Assembly (NCBI GenBank): GCA_964016885.1
Contig: OZ024745.1
Location: forward strand, 126,604,001 to 126,668,000
Length of the DNA: 64,000 nucleotides
Direction: 5' to 3'
Source of the DNA: Eledone cirrhosa
Taxonomy: Eukaryota
Made by a program: the position numbers and the translations under genes
Notes under the pieces: model-generated
Told to the model about the DNA's origin: nothing
Database searches by the model: none
The model's input: only the letters and a program-made list of their open reading frames with translations
Shown here: piece by piece, positions 1 to 14,236 of the stretch
Position numbering within the stretch: position 1 is the stretch's first letter
How the letters are laid out: the number at the start of each line of letters is the position of its first letter

Positions 1-75
<75 letters not shown>

Positions 76-493
76 GAATGAGAGGAGGGGTTGTGTGGTT
101 ACTGATAACGGGTGTTAGAAGGTAAGAAGACATAAACAAGAGGTGGTGGACAGTCTCCTTTCGTCAGTAGTTAGTTACGGATCACGGATATTTCGGCGCA
201 TTATTAACTATACATCTATCCGTAGCGCGCCCATACCCTTTTATCTATCAAAGGCCATGAGGGAGAGAATGAAAAGAAGAAAGAGAGAAGAAAAAGGGGG
301 GAAAAGGAAAAAAAAACATACCGATAGAAGGGAGAAGACGGGACAATGGTACATGTAAGCAAGTAACCGAGAGAATGGAGATCAAGTTTAAAAAAAGCCG
401 TTGGGTTTAAGCCAGGGGTCATAATAATGCAGCTAGGTATTCCACGTCTGTTCTCAGTGAAAGCGCAGCAAAAAGAGAGAAAGACAACGTCAA

Positions 494-763
494 GTTATTG
501 TAAGTTCACCCAGGTAGGCACTCGATGTTTAGGTTCAAGTCAATGACGCGGTATAGAGTTAAACAGAGTGTAATATAATAATACAAGGATGATTTGTTAA
601 GCCTTCATTACGTTTAGTGATGCGCGTTTCACTATTGATCAGCTCAGGATTCGGTCTGTACCGATTTGGCCCGAATTTTGATTCCAGAATCGGGTCAGAT
701 CGATACAGATCAATAGCAAAACGCGCATCAATAAACGTAATGAAGGCTTAACAAATCGTCTTT

Positions 764-775
<12 letters not shown>
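494..775. mobile_element. Fold-back element (arms 575-640 / 708-773, one-sided tail 494-574) with the 3' half of an HHR; putative Penelope pLTR derivative
   Basis: Arms are reverse complements (ATAATAATACAAGGATGATTTGTTAAGCCTTCATTACG / CGTAATGAAGGCTTAACAAATCGTCTTTGTATTATTAT); homologous to 4140-4390; ends in (ATT)n(TA)n. Confidence 0.7.
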
Positions 776-842
<67 letters not shown>

Positions 843-850
<8 letters not shown>

Positions 851-1005
851 GGAGAATGTCTGTCTGTCTTTCTGTCTGTCAGCTCACTAAAACTCGAGAA
901 CCACCCAACCGATTGTTTTCAAACTTTACACATGTAATACTTATGGTCCTGTGAGTGTTTTGAGAAAAGAAAATTTCAAATTTTCAATGCCCTACGGACC
1001 CAGAA
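843..1005 (+). mobile_element. Non-autonomous Helitron/Helentron-like 5' fragment
   Basis: TATAAAACGGAGAATGTCTGTCTGTC...AACTCGAGAACC...CAACCGATT...TTCAAACTT layout with (GTCT)n, typical of DINE/HINE-like elements; judged by resemblance only. Confidence 0.45.
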
Positions 1006-1359
1006 GGAATACCGCTAAGCATTTTTTCTATCCCACGTTCTAACAACTCTGCTAACTCGCTGCCTTAAAGGTTTCATAGCTTTGATTTGTGAAATGATTA
1101 ACTTTAATATATTCAAATGATGTTGTCTTTAGACTGAAGCTTTAGCCAGATATGCGACAAATGTTGAACTGGATAACGTATCATATCATACGAAACTTTC
1201 CAATTCAGTAAAGTAATGCAGTGTAGAAATAATGTATTGTTCAAAACCACCGTAGAAATTCTACATCGGATATAAGCTCATGACTAATGGAATAGCAGTT
1301 TTAAAACTTATCTACTCAGCTATTTTATTTCTAATTTCATTACATTATATCTACATTTG

Positions 1360-1494
1360 TTACGTCTCTTTACGATCTGAGTTCAAATCCCGCCAAGATT
1401 AACTTTGCCTTTCATCCTTACGAGGTCGATAAAATAAAGTACCAGTAATGTACTGGGTAATTGCTGGCCTTGTGCCGAAAGTAGAAACAATTAT
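1360..1494 (+). mobile_element. tRNA-derived SINE family A, 5'-truncated
   Basis: B-box GAGTTCAAATCCC, core GCCTTTCATCCTTACGAGGTCGATAAAATAAAGTACCAG, 3' end GGCCTTGTGCC..AGTAGAAACAATT. Confidence 0.85.
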
Positions 1495-1744
1495 ATGTAC
1501 ATTTGTAATGATATCATGAAATAATTCTTTTACTTTTGATGAATTGAAATATATGAATCTCGGTACATTTGTATTTAGATATTTAACGACCACTCACCAT
1601 GAATATATGATATTCTTACTAGAGATGTGGAATATATGATATTCTTACTAGAGATGTGAAATGGAAGAGAAATGAAGTATACTAACTGGAATTCAGTAAT
1701 CTTACGCTTTAATAATTATAGAAAAAGGAAAGCAATACAGAATA

Positions 1745-2095
1745 CAGAGTTCACCAAGAGCAAACACAGAGGAACCAAACTCTCACTGTCATCACCTCCA
1801 TATCTCTCGCCCTCCATATCTCTCATTATTATGAACAAATGGGGTCCCACGCGCTGGCCGCCCTACGGCCCCGGCGGACAGAAAAGAGAAGGCGTTTCCC
1901 GGAGGATGGTGATAGAGAAGCACTGGAAGAGCCATTCTAGCTCGCGAGGCTCACACTTGCGGCTAGCCAGCTCAGCACCTGTGGTGGTGAGTAGGGAGGT
2001 AGTCCTAGAGCTAAGGACACCAGAGGTCTCCAGTGCTAGGGCCTCGACTGCAAACCTGTTGGAGAACGACCGATATTTGGAGAGTTTACCCTTCT
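1745..2095 (-). mobile_element. 3' end of CRE-like (restriction-like endonuclease) non-LTR retrotransposon
   Basis: Minus frame reads KGKLSKYRSFSNRFAVEALALETSGVLS...EPRELEWLFQCFSITILR, then GNA after a frameshift; matches the K..KY...ET.G...QR.S..I.RGNA RLE C-terminus; second copy at 13605-13812. Confidence 0.7.
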
Positions 2096-2704
2096 AACTA
2101 TCAGTTAATGTTTCGCCGTTTTTGTGCTGGGCATGATACTGTTTATCTAGCAGCTTGGAATAGAACCTTTGTCAGAACTTCTTTTTCAGTGTTTTGCAAT
2201 GCACTAGCATTTGCTCAAAACACTGCATAAATATCCTGTGATTCGTGAAAGAGAAAAAGTAACCAACTAATCGTTATTTACAACCTAGTTATTTCCTCTA
2301 TAATTTGTCGTTTTATTGCACACTTCCTTTTCCAAATAGATTCTAATCTTATAAACTAATTAATTTCTCCAAACGACTTTCAAGATATTTTTTTCATTTT
2401 TTTTTTTTCTTGTTTTGGTTTGTTTCATTTTTGAAATACTCCTTAATTGCTTGGAATTATTTTTCGACCTGATCATTACCATTAGAAAACGAATCATTTA
2501 CTCGAAAGTTACGCAAAGCTGTCAGGTGTTCTGCATTCAGCTTATTTAATTCTATAAAGTTCTATAAATTTACCTTGATTAGACTTAATTATTTTCAGTT
2601 TCTGGTTGAAAGTCAACAGTAAATAGAGAAAACATTCACAGAAATAACATATTTTAACTTCTTGAACACGTTTCTCAATAAAACATTTGAAAATCAGTTG
2701 TTGG

Positions 2705-2760
<56 letters not shown>

Positions 2761-2764
<4 letters not shown>

Positions 2765-2925
2765 ATACTTGGGGAGGGTCATATTTGTGTAATAATATTG
2801 CCAGAATTAATAACAGAACACATTCACTGTTTGGTTGGTTTTCGCTTCTGTGTCTTTTATATCGGTTAATTTAATTTATTCGGTCCTCAATGTTGCCATT
2901 GACTGACCAACGGTCAAAAATACAG
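2761..2925 (-). mobile_element. Single arm of the MTLPK fold-back family next to (TA)n
   Basis: Near-identical to 46651-46806. Confidence 0.8.
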
Positions 2926-3139
2926 ATACAATATAGACACAAATACATATATATAGTCTATCAAAAGTTCTTTCGTTGCACATCTGCAACATCGTCAGTG
3001 GTGCTATTATGTTTCCTCCCGTTGCATTGTATGCCTACGCCATCTTTATTTAGTCTGTTTATTTATTTATTTATTTATTTTTTGTCTTCTCTGCGCATGC
3101 GTTTGCGTGTGTGTATAGTGTTTTGTTTGATATATATAT

Positions 3140-3172
<33 letters not shown>

Positions 3173-3215
3173 CATAAACACACACAAACACACACCCACT
3201 CACACACATATATAC

Positions 3216-3272
<57 letters not shown>

Positions 3273-3277
<5 letters not shown>

Positions 3278-3420
3278 GGTAAACAGAAATAACAACACAA
3301 TTGGTACAGTATATGGAAGGAATATATTAGGTTAACGCTTGATATAGCAGGAAGAGGGTCTTAACGTTTTGGACGCTAGTCTTTCGTCAGAAGAAAGAAT
3401 GAGAAATAAGATAGATTGAA
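3273..3420 (-). mobile_element. Penelope-like pLTR fragment with degenerate minimal HHR
   Basis: Minus: TCTT CTGACGA aagactagcgtcc AAAA CG TT AAGA (GAAA mutated); homologous to about 12945-13100, 48412-48530 and 62975-63100, all abutting microsatellites. Confidence 0.55.
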
Positions 3421-3571
3421 GGGAAGGGCGTGGTGGAATTGGAAAAAAATGTCTTAAGATATGTATATATATATATATATGTTGGGGTGGTGGGGGGGTG
3501 GGGGGGTATATATATATGTATATATATTAATTTAAAATATTACCAAAAATAGACATTCGTGTGATCAAGTA

Positions 3572-3638
3572 TATTTTATTATACATATTTCAGAGGTACT
3601 GAGCTATCTTCAACAGTACGTCCTCATCAGATAAAATA
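3572..3638 (-). ncRNA. Type I hammerhead ribozyme motif
   Basis: Minus: TATTTTAT CTGATGA ggacGTACTG..CAGTACctct GAAA tatgta TA ATAAAATA; 8-bp stem I. Confidence 0.7.
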
Positions 3639-3784
3639 AGATGATGCATGACATACCCTGACTTAGTAGATGGTTAAGATTCAGTCATGGTAGTGAATAA
3701 GATATGACAAAACTCAATATTTATATATTCCAATCTATTGTAAAACTCATTCTTTGATTTATTCATTGAACCTTGTTTAACCTT

Positions 3785-3857
<73 letters not shown>

Positions 3858-3865
3858 ATATGTAT

Positions 3866-4118
3866 CGTCATCATCATCATCATCTTCATGATTTTACTTC
3901 CGTTTTTCCCTGCTTGCAAGGGTTGGACCGGTCCTATTCAGCACAGCATCTCTCCACTTGTCACGGTCCTTCATCATCTCCACCGTGAGCTTCAGCGATC
4001 TGAGGTCTGCTCTGACCACGTCCGCCCATGTTTTTCGTGGTCTACCTCTAATGCGTCTTCCTTCTACTGGGATTTCTTGGCACTTCTTTACCCAGCGGCC
4101 ATCCTCCATGCGCATCAC
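3866..4118 (-). mobile_element. RTE-clade LINE 3' end with (GAT)n tail
   Basis: ORF RMEDGRWVKKC...EGRRIRGRPRKTW...DRDKWR, the RTE C-terminal motif, followed by (GAT)n. Confidence 0.85.
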
Positions 4119-4290
4119 ATGTATATATATATATATCCAGAGAGTGTAACTTGAATTTACTGTAGGTTCACCCGGGTAAGCACTCGATGTTTAGGTTCAC
4201 TTCAGTGTCGAGGTGTAGAGCTAGACAGAGTGTAGTATAGTGGAAGGATAACAAGGACGATTGGTTACTCCTTCATTACATTTATTGGTT

Positions 4291-4375
4291 GGTGACGCGC
4301 GTTTCGCAACTGATCAGCTCAAGGTTCCATCTGTATCGATCTTACCCGACTCTGTAATCTGCGGCTCGTCGGACC
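4291..4375 (-). ncRNA. HHR motif with long stem II, inside element 4140-4390
   Basis: Minus: GGT CCGACGA gccgcagatta...tgatcagttgc GAAA CGCGCG TC ACC; U4C core variant, palindromic stem III. Confidence 0.6.
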
Positions 4376-4426
4376 CCTTGTAATGCTAGTAGAAAAAAAA
4401 AATATATATATATATAAATATATATT

Positions 4427-4541
<115 letters not shown>

Positions 4542-4894
4542 TATATATAAATGAACATGTTTGGGTTCAAACTTCACAAGCAATAAATAGAGAATTTATT
4601 CAGAGTTAGAAACTAAGCTAATTAAAAATTGGTCTGTTATTTTCTGTTTTACAGTGATACAATTGAATGCTTCAAAGAGAAAGGAATATAGGTTTCCCTA
4701 TATTAATGGGGACGAGAATTTGAATTGGAGTAACATGTATGACTTCGTTGATTCTAGCACTTACTTATGGATAATGATTTGTTTAACCTTCAACTACATG
4801 GCCAAAAAATTTAAAGGGAAAACATTTAATCAAATCGATGGAATACTCAATCGTATATTACTGGTATTTATTCAAAATACTAGTAAAATACAAA

Positions 4895-5203
4895 ATCAAA
4901 ACGACAGATCCACAAGAGCCAGCGAAGTAGCTTCTACGTGGTCGCTTGACCAGTTAGTTCACTCTGATCGATCATCAAGATCTCAGACCTCATTCGCTTG
5001 CCGAGTGGGGTGGACCTCGACAAATCAATGTTTCCATTGATATTTCTATTGCTGATACAATCCAACGGTCGCAACTGCTGCCAGAATGAGCAACGTGAAA
5101 ATAAAGTGTCTTGCTCAATGACACAACGCATCACGCGATCCAAGAATTGAACTCACAACCTCATGATTGCTAATCCAACTCTCTAACCACTAAGCCACGC
5201 GCC
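4895..5203 (-). mobile_element. tRNA-derived CORE-like SINE family B
   Basis: Minus: GGCGCGTGGCTTAGTGGTTAG (A box), GAGTTCAATTC (B box), TTGAGCAAGACACTTTATTTTCACG core; related copies at 8600-8720, 14645-14846, 22885-23085. Confidence 0.8.
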
Positions 5204-5294
5204 TGTTAGTCATAGTAGCTAAACAGTTTCATATCAAATCACACTGTCTTGATAAATTGGATAATTACACTTAATTCGGCCTCTTGCATTCCAT

Positions 5295-5545
5295 CACTCG
5301 TGTACACGGCTCCCAGATACTTGAACCTCTCCAGCTGCTTCAGAGAAACTCCACTCACATATAGAGTGTACTTCACAGGCTTCAATTGCATGTCGGGGGC
5401 CACCTTCCGATGAGTTAAATAATACTATGTCGTCTGCAAATCCCAGCCGACTGATCCTACACTCGCCAATCCTGATACCACATTCAACCCGACTGCGCAC
5501 GTTAATCCTGTTCATGAAAATAACGAACAGGCGAAGTGATAGTTT
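5295..5545 (-). mobile_element. RTE-clade reverse transcriptase fragment
   Basis: LSLRLFVIFMNRI...ISRLGFADDIVL carries the RT catalytic F/YADD motif. Confidence 0.8.
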
Positions 5546-5856
5546 GACCATTCCGGAATCTGATACCCACATAGAATAGTTTCGATTTAGCACCATTTTT
5601 ACGAACACAAATGCTTGGGCATAAAAAAATATATAATATTTGACGGTAATAGACACAAGTATTCGTATATCAAGCAGGGAATTAGCAGCAATCGTTAGGG
5701 ACTTTGGATTGAAAATGTCGTGGTATTTGTTTCGGTTCACTGCGTTCTGAATTCAAATCCCGCCAAAGTGAACTTTGCTTTTCACCCTTTCGAGGTCGAT
5801 AAATATAGTACTAATCCAGTATTGGTATAGATTAATCCTCTATATATATTTCTTAC

Positions 5857-5930
<74 letters not shown>

Positions 5931-7031
5931 TCTCTCTCTCTTTCTCTCACTCTTTCTCTCTCCTTGTCAGGGCGAAACCAGCTATACTCCAACCAGGAAA
6001 GGGATAGTCTCTCTCAGGTTTAAAATGCCCAAGACACTCCGTGTATCGGAACAGCGTTCCCAGTACTTCATCAGGATTTAAGTGACTTTTACTTTATTCC
6101 TATATCAGCTTTTGAATCAGAGATTCATACACGCTATGTGTGTTCCATTGTGTTTATAACAGTGAGAAGAAAATACCACATTTATTGAATATTCTATGCA
6201 TAGCTTATCCAAAAGTGAGGGAACTTTAACCCTCATCAACTTAAAGTTGCATAGCTCGAAGTTAAGCCTCAACTTTATAGATTTTCCTGGCTAGGGGAGA
6301 ACGTTTATCATACAGAAATTTTAAAAGAGTTGTTCTAACAGATAATAGCTCTATATCTCCATCTAATTAGTGCGAAATTTATGTTCGAAATATTTTCTAA
6401 TTTTAATGAACATGACATTACATATTTTAATGGAAGTACAACCGACCTTAGCATTTTTAGATGGGACGAAAACAGAATTTATAAGAGGTGACATAAAGAA
6501 CCTATCCTTTGACAACTAATAGCTGTCAAATGTCATGACAAAAAAAAACAATAATAAATAAATGAACAGCCTCGAGAATATAACAAAATTATCTTTTTAA
6601 AATTAACATAATTACAGTTTATTATTTTCTGCTTTCTCTTAAAGCGTAAATATGTAATTCGAACCGTAACGTTTACACCATACGAACATTTAGTAATATA
6701 CAGAATGTTATTTATACGTTAATAAAGTTTCGACCTATTTTTTTAACCATGGTTTAAATGAAGTCTATGCAAATCCACTATCAGATTTCTTTTACTCTGA
6801 AAGCAACTGAATTACTATAGTATTTCAGCTAGTTTCTGTCAAGAGACGTATTGGATTAACATGTTGAATAATAGGGGTCAATGATATTCTGAACTAACAT
6901 ATATACTCGTATACAGAAATAAATCCACACACACACACACATTATATTTATCTCTCTCCCTCTCACTCTCTTCCTTTTCTTTTCTTTTCTTCCCACCTTC
7001 TCTCCTTCCCACCTACTCTCTCTCTTTCCCC

Positions 7032-7064
<33 letters not shown>

Positions 7065-7068
7065 TGTA

Positions 7069-7126
<58 letters not shown>

Positions 7127-7130
<4 letters not shown>

Positions 7131-7183
7131 GAAATTTGCCGAGGTTAAAGCTGAAACCGATAGAGCTCGCGGTCGGATTTCTT
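7127..7183 (+). ncRNA. Degenerate HHR between (GT)n and (TA)n
   Basis: GAAGAAAT TTGCCGA ggttaaagct GAAA CCG atagagctcg CGG TC GGATTTCTTC; first core box mutated. Confidence 0.4.
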
Positions 7184-7184
7184 C

Positions 7185-7260
<76 letters not shown>

Positions 7261-7530
7261 CAGTAAAATTAGGATAATTGACAACTGAAAACAAGACGGA
7301 ACGAAGAACAAATTATTTAAAGGTCTTCAGACGTTGAGATGGACTTGAGAAGTTTCAATCCGAAAGCTTCCTTTCTAGAACTGAATAGGCAGAGATTTTA
7401 GGGGGTCCAATTAAAAATGCCTCGGTGGACTGTGCTCTTTGCTCAAATCCCATAAATGTCAAAAGGTTAATTTTGCCTTTCATCCTTTCAGAGTCGATAA
7501 ATAAATAATCATTCTAATACGGGGTTGAAT

Positions 7531-7830
7531 CTTCTTCTTCTTCTTCTTCTTCTTACGAGAGTCTTGAAGCGGCAGAGTCCTCCAGTCCGTCTTCCAGAGG
7601 GTCCTTCCAGAAGCATCCATCACCAAATGATCAAGATGGATCAGATCAACGAATGAGACCAGCCAAGCTTATGGATGTTATTCTTGATTGTGGTTTACCT
7701 CTTGATTTCCTGCCAGTTGGCTTTGTCAGGTATAATCCATCCACTGTCACTGGTTAATTTATATTTCTTTCAAACAATGAGCTAGTTCTTAAGATGTGGT
7801 GGTAACATCGTCCAAGACATGCCATATTTC
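7531..7830 (-). mobile_element. Degenerate RTE LINE 3' end with (AAG)n tail
   Basis: Minus reads KPTGRKSRGKP..; (CTT)n on plus; related fragment at 53410-53790. Confidence 0.6.
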
Positions 7831-8747
7831 TGATATATGTGTGTATATTTCTAAGGACGAATAAGAAAATTATCTGCAAATAATTGCATCTATTAGTAGA
7901 AATAATTCATTCAAATTCTTGTTCATTTGTAATGGTAAAGATATTTAGAAGTGTACGAGTGAAGAAGATTACAGGAAATTAATAGAAAGCTAATTTCTAT
8001 TTTTCGGCAGTAACCTTTGTACATAGAGATCAATATTCAACATCATATGTTCTTAATCCATAATTTTTGTCGGAAAAAAAATTTTCGTTTAGTTTTCTCT
8101 TCATATTTCTTCCATCGCCGTCTTTTCTGGCACGTATGTCTTTATGTCTTTAGGACTTTTCTAGATCTATAATACAATCTGATGGTGAGAGATAAGAAAT
8201 TATCAGAGATAATTAAAGTCGTTATTATTCGACACAAGATCTGATACCTGTATTTGTTTTCCTATATTATTACAGCCCAAAATATGACAAATTTTAACTC
8301 ACATATTAATAATTCCTTTCAAATATTAGAGGTTATAATTAATTAGTAGCACCGAACCACAACTTCTTGGTGGTATCCACCAATAGTTAATTAGCCATAT
8401 TAACTTCTACAAATAAAAGGAATAGTAGTTGTAATGTTCATGCATTACTACATATGTATATATAATGAACCTCTCCTCTTATCTCCTCTACAACGTCAGA
8501 TACTCCTTCTTTCTCACAAGATAACATGTCTGGTTCTAAGTACCCAGAATCTCTTCACTGTCCATGTGTTCCGTCTATTACAAAAATTAAATATTACACT
8601 TTATTTCACGTTGCTCCTTCTACCTGGAGTTGCGACCGATAGACAGTATTAGCAATTGGAAAGACCAATGGAAACATTGTTCCCTCGGTCCGATTTCACG
8701 AAAGTCGATCGACTGTCGATATATATACGTTTTTCTGTGCGACACTT

Positions 8748-8831
<84 letters not shown>

Positions 8832-8836
<5 letters not shown>

Positions 8837-9003
8837 ATGCTTTGGGAGGGTCATGTTGCCAATAAGAAACACACGCACCAGTTGCTTTCACTTCAATTTA
8901 TTATAAATTTATTATAAATTAAATTTATAAATTTAGGAATAACAATATCGGTCTCAACACACGTTTTCAGATAAAGAATCTTGGTAAACAAATTCAGAAA
9001 CGA
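8832..9003. mobile_element. Internally deleted member of the MTLPK fold-back family between two (TA)n tracts
   Basis: Left part matches 47378-47450; right part matches the tail at 47835-47897. Confidence 0.75.
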
Positions 9004-9070
9004 TATATATATATATATATATATATAATAAATAAATTAGACAATTATCAAAGTTGTGTTCAAATCATTT

Positions 9071-9120
9071 AATAGCTGACAGTCGTTTCTTCCAAACTCT
9101 CGTTTAGTCATCGGAGCATT
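9071..9120 (-). ncRNA. Type I HHR motif
   Basis: Minus: AATGCT CCGATGA CTAAAC gaga GTTTGG aa GAAA cgactg TC AGCTATT; about 45 nt from (TA)n. Confidence 0.6.
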
Positions 9121-9888
9121 ATCAATGTTTGTACATATAATTAACCTCCTATTCAACTGAACAATAATATAGATACATATATATTGATGTTGTGAGCAAC
9201 AGTTTCGTACAGGGTGGAATGGATGTGACATATATTTTACGAGAATTGTACAATAATTGTACAAAAATTCAAATTAAAATTAAAAGCACAGAGTGGAATA
9301 CATGCAACAGATAAAACAAGAGAATAGTCCAATAATTAAAGAGGCATTGAGAAATGAGTTTTGCGAAAGGAAGAGTACATTAACAATACATATGCAGGCG
9401 TGTGGAGAGTGTAACTGCGTTAGTCATATACATGAGAAGGAAACAAGCAAAGTTATTATGCATATATAGATAAGTAAATACTGCACTTTAAACAAATATG
9501 TTAATGCATTAAAATCTATGGTGGATATAGTATGTTGATAGTGTTTGAATTTGTGTGTTGAGAAACATAAAGTTTTTGCAGTCTTTTCCATTACATATGT
9601 TGAATTAAATTTAGTTAATGTTTATATTGAATGTTTTAACTTAGTTAGAGCAATGGATTGTAAATTAGTCTTATTGTATTCATATTCATGGACTATAGTT
9701 GATCGACCGGTAAATTTTCCCATCGTTAATTTCCGGAAGTGAATAAGGGGAGCTAATGCGTAAGGGGAGGTAACTAGCTAATTAAATTCAATTCATTTAA
9801 GGATTACATAAAGGGATTGACTGACTATATATAAAAGAAATAGGATTTCACTTCAAGCATAGCTTTATACAATATGTATAAATATTTC

Positions 9889-9943
<55 letters not shown>

Positions 9944-10483
9944 AAGAAACAGGGGTTATATATACAGAGAGGCGGGGGATATAGATAGAGAGATGAAGAG
10001 AGAGAAAGAAGAAAGAAGACAACATAAAATAATCAGTATGGGGAGATGGTTTAAACGACAGAACTCTGGGAAGGCAGTTGATGTTAGGAGTGAAATAAAC
10101 AAAATACAAAATACAAAGACAGTAAGAATGACTGCAAAGAAGTGCGATATAAAAAAGAAAGACACTCCATTATAAAACATAGAAAAAAATGAAGAAATTA
10201 TCTTAATAATAAAATACAAGAAATGGCAACGTGGAACAAAAATGAAGAGAAAACGAAAGTACATTAAAGATAGTAGAAAGTTAATGCGAATAAAAAGTAG
10301 TGAGGTGAATCGAACTGGTGTAATAAATATTATTGCCGGCTGGAGACTCTTTGATAAATGAATAATGGGCAACTGAAGCATAGAGATTGGGGAATAAAGT
10401 TCTACACTGCACTGAAAGACAGGACTGTCAATCTCTTGATCTGTGATGATTCAGTATTAAATCTCGTTTGAAGAGATATTGCA

Positions 10484-10632
10484 TATAACTAACTATTGGT
10501 GGGGGAGGGGAAGGGGAAGGGGTTCATATAACTAACTATTGGTGGGGGAGGGGGAGGGGGTTCATATAACTAACTATTGGTGGGGGAGAAAAAGGGCAAG
10601 GAAGGGGGAAGGGAGTTCATATAACTAACTAT
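10484..10632. repeat. Short degenerate tandem repeat, about 4 units starting CATATAACTAACTATTGGTGGGGGAG
   Basis: Direct repeats with G-rich variable linkers. Confidence 0.8.
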
Positions 10633-10778
10633 ATTTTGAAACACTGGCGAAAGCGGAAATATTCCGATCGATCGTTCGATATAACATCACTGTCATATTT
10701 ATGTTCTCAACAAAGATGTATAAATACACTGATCGATACTTTAGCGTCTCTAGCTACTTATCTATCTCTTTGATTCAT

Positions 10779-10880
<102 letters not shown>

Positions 10881-11169
10881 AGGAGGGGGGGGGTGAGTAT
10901 ACACAGGCACACGTGCGCCCACACATGTGTGTGTACGTTTATGAATGTATGTACATACAAACATATATATATATATAACAAACTAAACAAAATAAACTCA
11001 TAATAAGAAACAGAATGACAATTCATCGCCAATTCTTCGTCCAAGTGAGTTTGTTTCCTGATGATTTCGAAGCTCGTGAATTTATCCTTGATCGGATATT
11101 TCCAAAAGCGAATGAAAACCCATGGGGTACAAACGTAATTTTGGTATGTTTATATACATTTTTTCTTCT

Positions 11170-11425
11170 AACTTTGATTTTATACCTAATTGTGTATAGT
11201 TGATGATATATTTAATCGATTTCTACGTGCTATTGAAATGCTGGGTAAATATTCTATAACTGTTGATCCCGAATAGATGGCTGTCGTTTATTTATCTATT
11301 TTTTCTTCATAGGTGCCTTTTAATCTTATAGCCTGGTTTAATTAGTTTTTTTGTGTGCTTGATTATGCTGATTGGGAGAGGAGATGGTGTATATATTTTA
11401 TCAAATGATTCTATGGACATACTTT

Positions 11426-11430
<5 letters not shown>
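11170..11430 (-). repeat. Dispersed repeat with coding-like minus strand; second copy at 14890-15140
   Basis: Both share TTGAAATG(C/T)TGGGTAAATATTCTATA...CTTATAGCCTGGT...ATTATGCTGATTGGGAG and end at (TA)n. Confidence 0.65.
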
Positions 11431-11467
<37 letters not shown>

Positions 11468-12076
11468 TTGTATTGTGTTTTTAATGGCTGAAAATAACTC
11501 TGCCTCGCTGTAATTGACACACACACGCATACATATATATATGTGTGTGTGTATGTGTTTGTGTGTGCATGTGTGTGTATGTGTGTATGTGTGTGTATGT
11601 GTGTGTGTATACATATATTATCTTTGCCGCGCGGTATAATTATTTATAATTGGCTTACTAATGTTCAGTGCTTTTAAAATGCCCGCACAGTATATGAATA
11701 AATGTTTTCAATCTGTTTAATGATGTCTTTCTAAATTTCATCACTTTATTTTTTATATTGCAAATATGACACCAAGCTGTGAGAAATTATTTACAAAATT
11801 CCGCATAACACGCCTGAAGTGCACGTGACTTCAACAATAAAAATATTGCTGAATTTACTTGCAGGAATTTAGATAGAGAACCTCCAAATGTGAACGAATT
11901 TTAATCCCACCCTTATACCCTGTACTCATTATACGCTTATACCCTGTACTCATTATACGCTTCTCTATCTCCCTGTATAGTTTAATGTTCAAGGCTACCT
12001 TAAATGAAATCATTTTACACCATCAAATCTAATCAGGAATTAGTGAATTAATGAAGTAATTTGATAATTTATACAA

Positions 12077-12150
<74 letters not shown>

Positions 12151-13604
12151 ATCTATCTATCTAACTCCCTCTCTCTTTCTCTTTCTCTCTTTCATATTCT
12201 TTCATATATACATATATATATATTTATCTATATATTTATGTATATATATATATACATGAAAGGATATATGAAAGGGAGGGAAAGAATATATATATATATA
12301 TATAAAATATCTATATGCGTGTGTAATTTATACAAGCATATATTTATTTTTTTATTTTCAATTGAGTTCTTAAACACGTTGGATTGATAATGTTTTCAAA
12401 AAAACTAATTAACCCGCGTGTATATTATTATTATTTTTTTCCTCATTTCGTGGATCGTGGGTTGTCTCCCCTTCCCGCTTCGTGTCGCTATGATACTTCC
12501 TCAGTCAAAAACTGCTGGAATTTCAAATTTGGCGGTCATTCGAGGTGAGAGAGCGACTTTACGGACATGATTTTTGACAGCGGTAAGAAATTGTTTTCTT
12601 ATATCAATGTTTAATGGGCTTCCACTGATGATTTATAAATGCCCACCTAAATATACTCTTACATGAATATATATTAGGCTTCTACATAAACTGGAAACAT
12701 TCTCCCAAACTTGTAGAAAACTTATAATGAAACAATTGTTTGGAAAGAGAGATATACTTTAACTTTAATTATATCTCATAAAATAATACAACTGGTTTTT
12801 CCACATTATACATATTGTTAGCACCCCAAACACTTAAATTGGGTTTATATTTTAATATAACCTAATGTTTGTTGAGTGAGATGGTTACCAGTCAGAGTTT
12901 AGCTTTAAACTATCTCTGTTATTGTATTAAATATATATATATATGCGAAAGGTCAACGGGAAAAACATATACAATACAATGATGATATATATTAGTTTAA
13001 CGCCTAAAATAGTAGGAATGGAGTCTTAACGTTTCAGACGTTGGCACTTCATCGGAGATGGAATAGGAGATAGAAGAAGAAATAGAAGGATAGACGCGAG
13101 TAAGAAAAAGAAGAAACGTACGTTAAATATGATTTTACAAGAGGAAATCGTGTGTGTTTAATTAGCTAATTTCAATCAGTGCGGGTCAGAATGTGACTTC
13201 GAAATATGAGAGTTTTAACAAGGGAGATAATATTGTATACGCTGAGTTTTGTGCTTGTGTGTATGTGTGTGAATGTGCACATGTGTGTGTACATGTGTTT
13301 ATGTGTGTGTGTTTCTCTATATAAAGCCGTAAGAGAATGATGTCAGATGCTGGCGTGGCTACTGGAAGTTTTAGAATGTGAGTATACGTGCCACGTGACA
13401 TGTCCAACGTTGAGAGTAACAGAGGATGATCGGTTGGGTATGTGTGTTGGCGTACATGCGTGTGTATGTGTATATTCACATGCACATATGATTTATCTGT
13501 TATGTATACACATACAAGCTCAGATATAGCTAGAGACGTTCCATAGGTGAACAGAAAAAAGAATGCGGTGCTCCATCAATGCGCCATACATGAGTTGAAT
13601 ACAC

Positions 13605-13812
13605 ACAGGTGTGAGACTTGCGAGCTGGAATGGCTCTTCTAGCACGTCTCCCTCACCATCTTCTGAGGAAATGCCTGTATTCTGTCCGACGGAGCCGCGC
13701 TGCGGCCAGCGCGAGGTTCCTATTTGCTCATAATAGTGAGTGATAGGAGAGAGCGGAGAGACGGAAGCAGAGACTGCGGGAGTTTGGTTCCTTTGTGTTC
13801 GGACCTGGTGTA
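13605..13812 (+). mobile_element. CRE-like RLE LINE 3' end, second copy
   Basis: CETCELEWLF*HVSLTIF*GNA; reverse-complement homolog of 1745-1960; ends in TA-rich repeat. Confidence 0.65.
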
Positions 13813-13889
13813 TATGTATATATTTATTTACCGCACCATATGCATATATATATATATATACTTTATTATTATTGATCTCCCCCTAAGGT

Positions 13890-14236
13890 AGAGATAAAAT
13901 TTTGGCCGTTTGGACTACTGCTATTTCTAGTGGCAGGACATTGACCTGTCCACCCTGCCTTTTGTCTTTGCACACGGCACCAGACGGAATTATTTCTTTC
14001 ATCATCCGCTCTCATTTGGGAATGGTTTTGTATGACGTCACTTTGTGATTTGAACTCGGGAATTTTACATTCTCCGAGGGAGAAGAGCCTTCTGAAGAAT
14101 GCTCCCTTCTCAATGGAAATCCGCTTGGATTTTCCGTTTATTCTGGAGCATGAAACCGCGGTAAAGGCACATATAGTAAGTACAGCACATTTTTTTTAAT
14201 TTATTTTTAAACTTTTTCTCTATTTGCTACACCTTG

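Noticed and set aside
150-185. CTGACGA on the minus strand as an HHR
   Set aside because: No downstream GAAA and NUH in suitable geometry
12500-12595. Host first exon (ATG...GGTAAGA donor)
   Set aside because: Only a donor-like motif; no linked downstream exon could be identified
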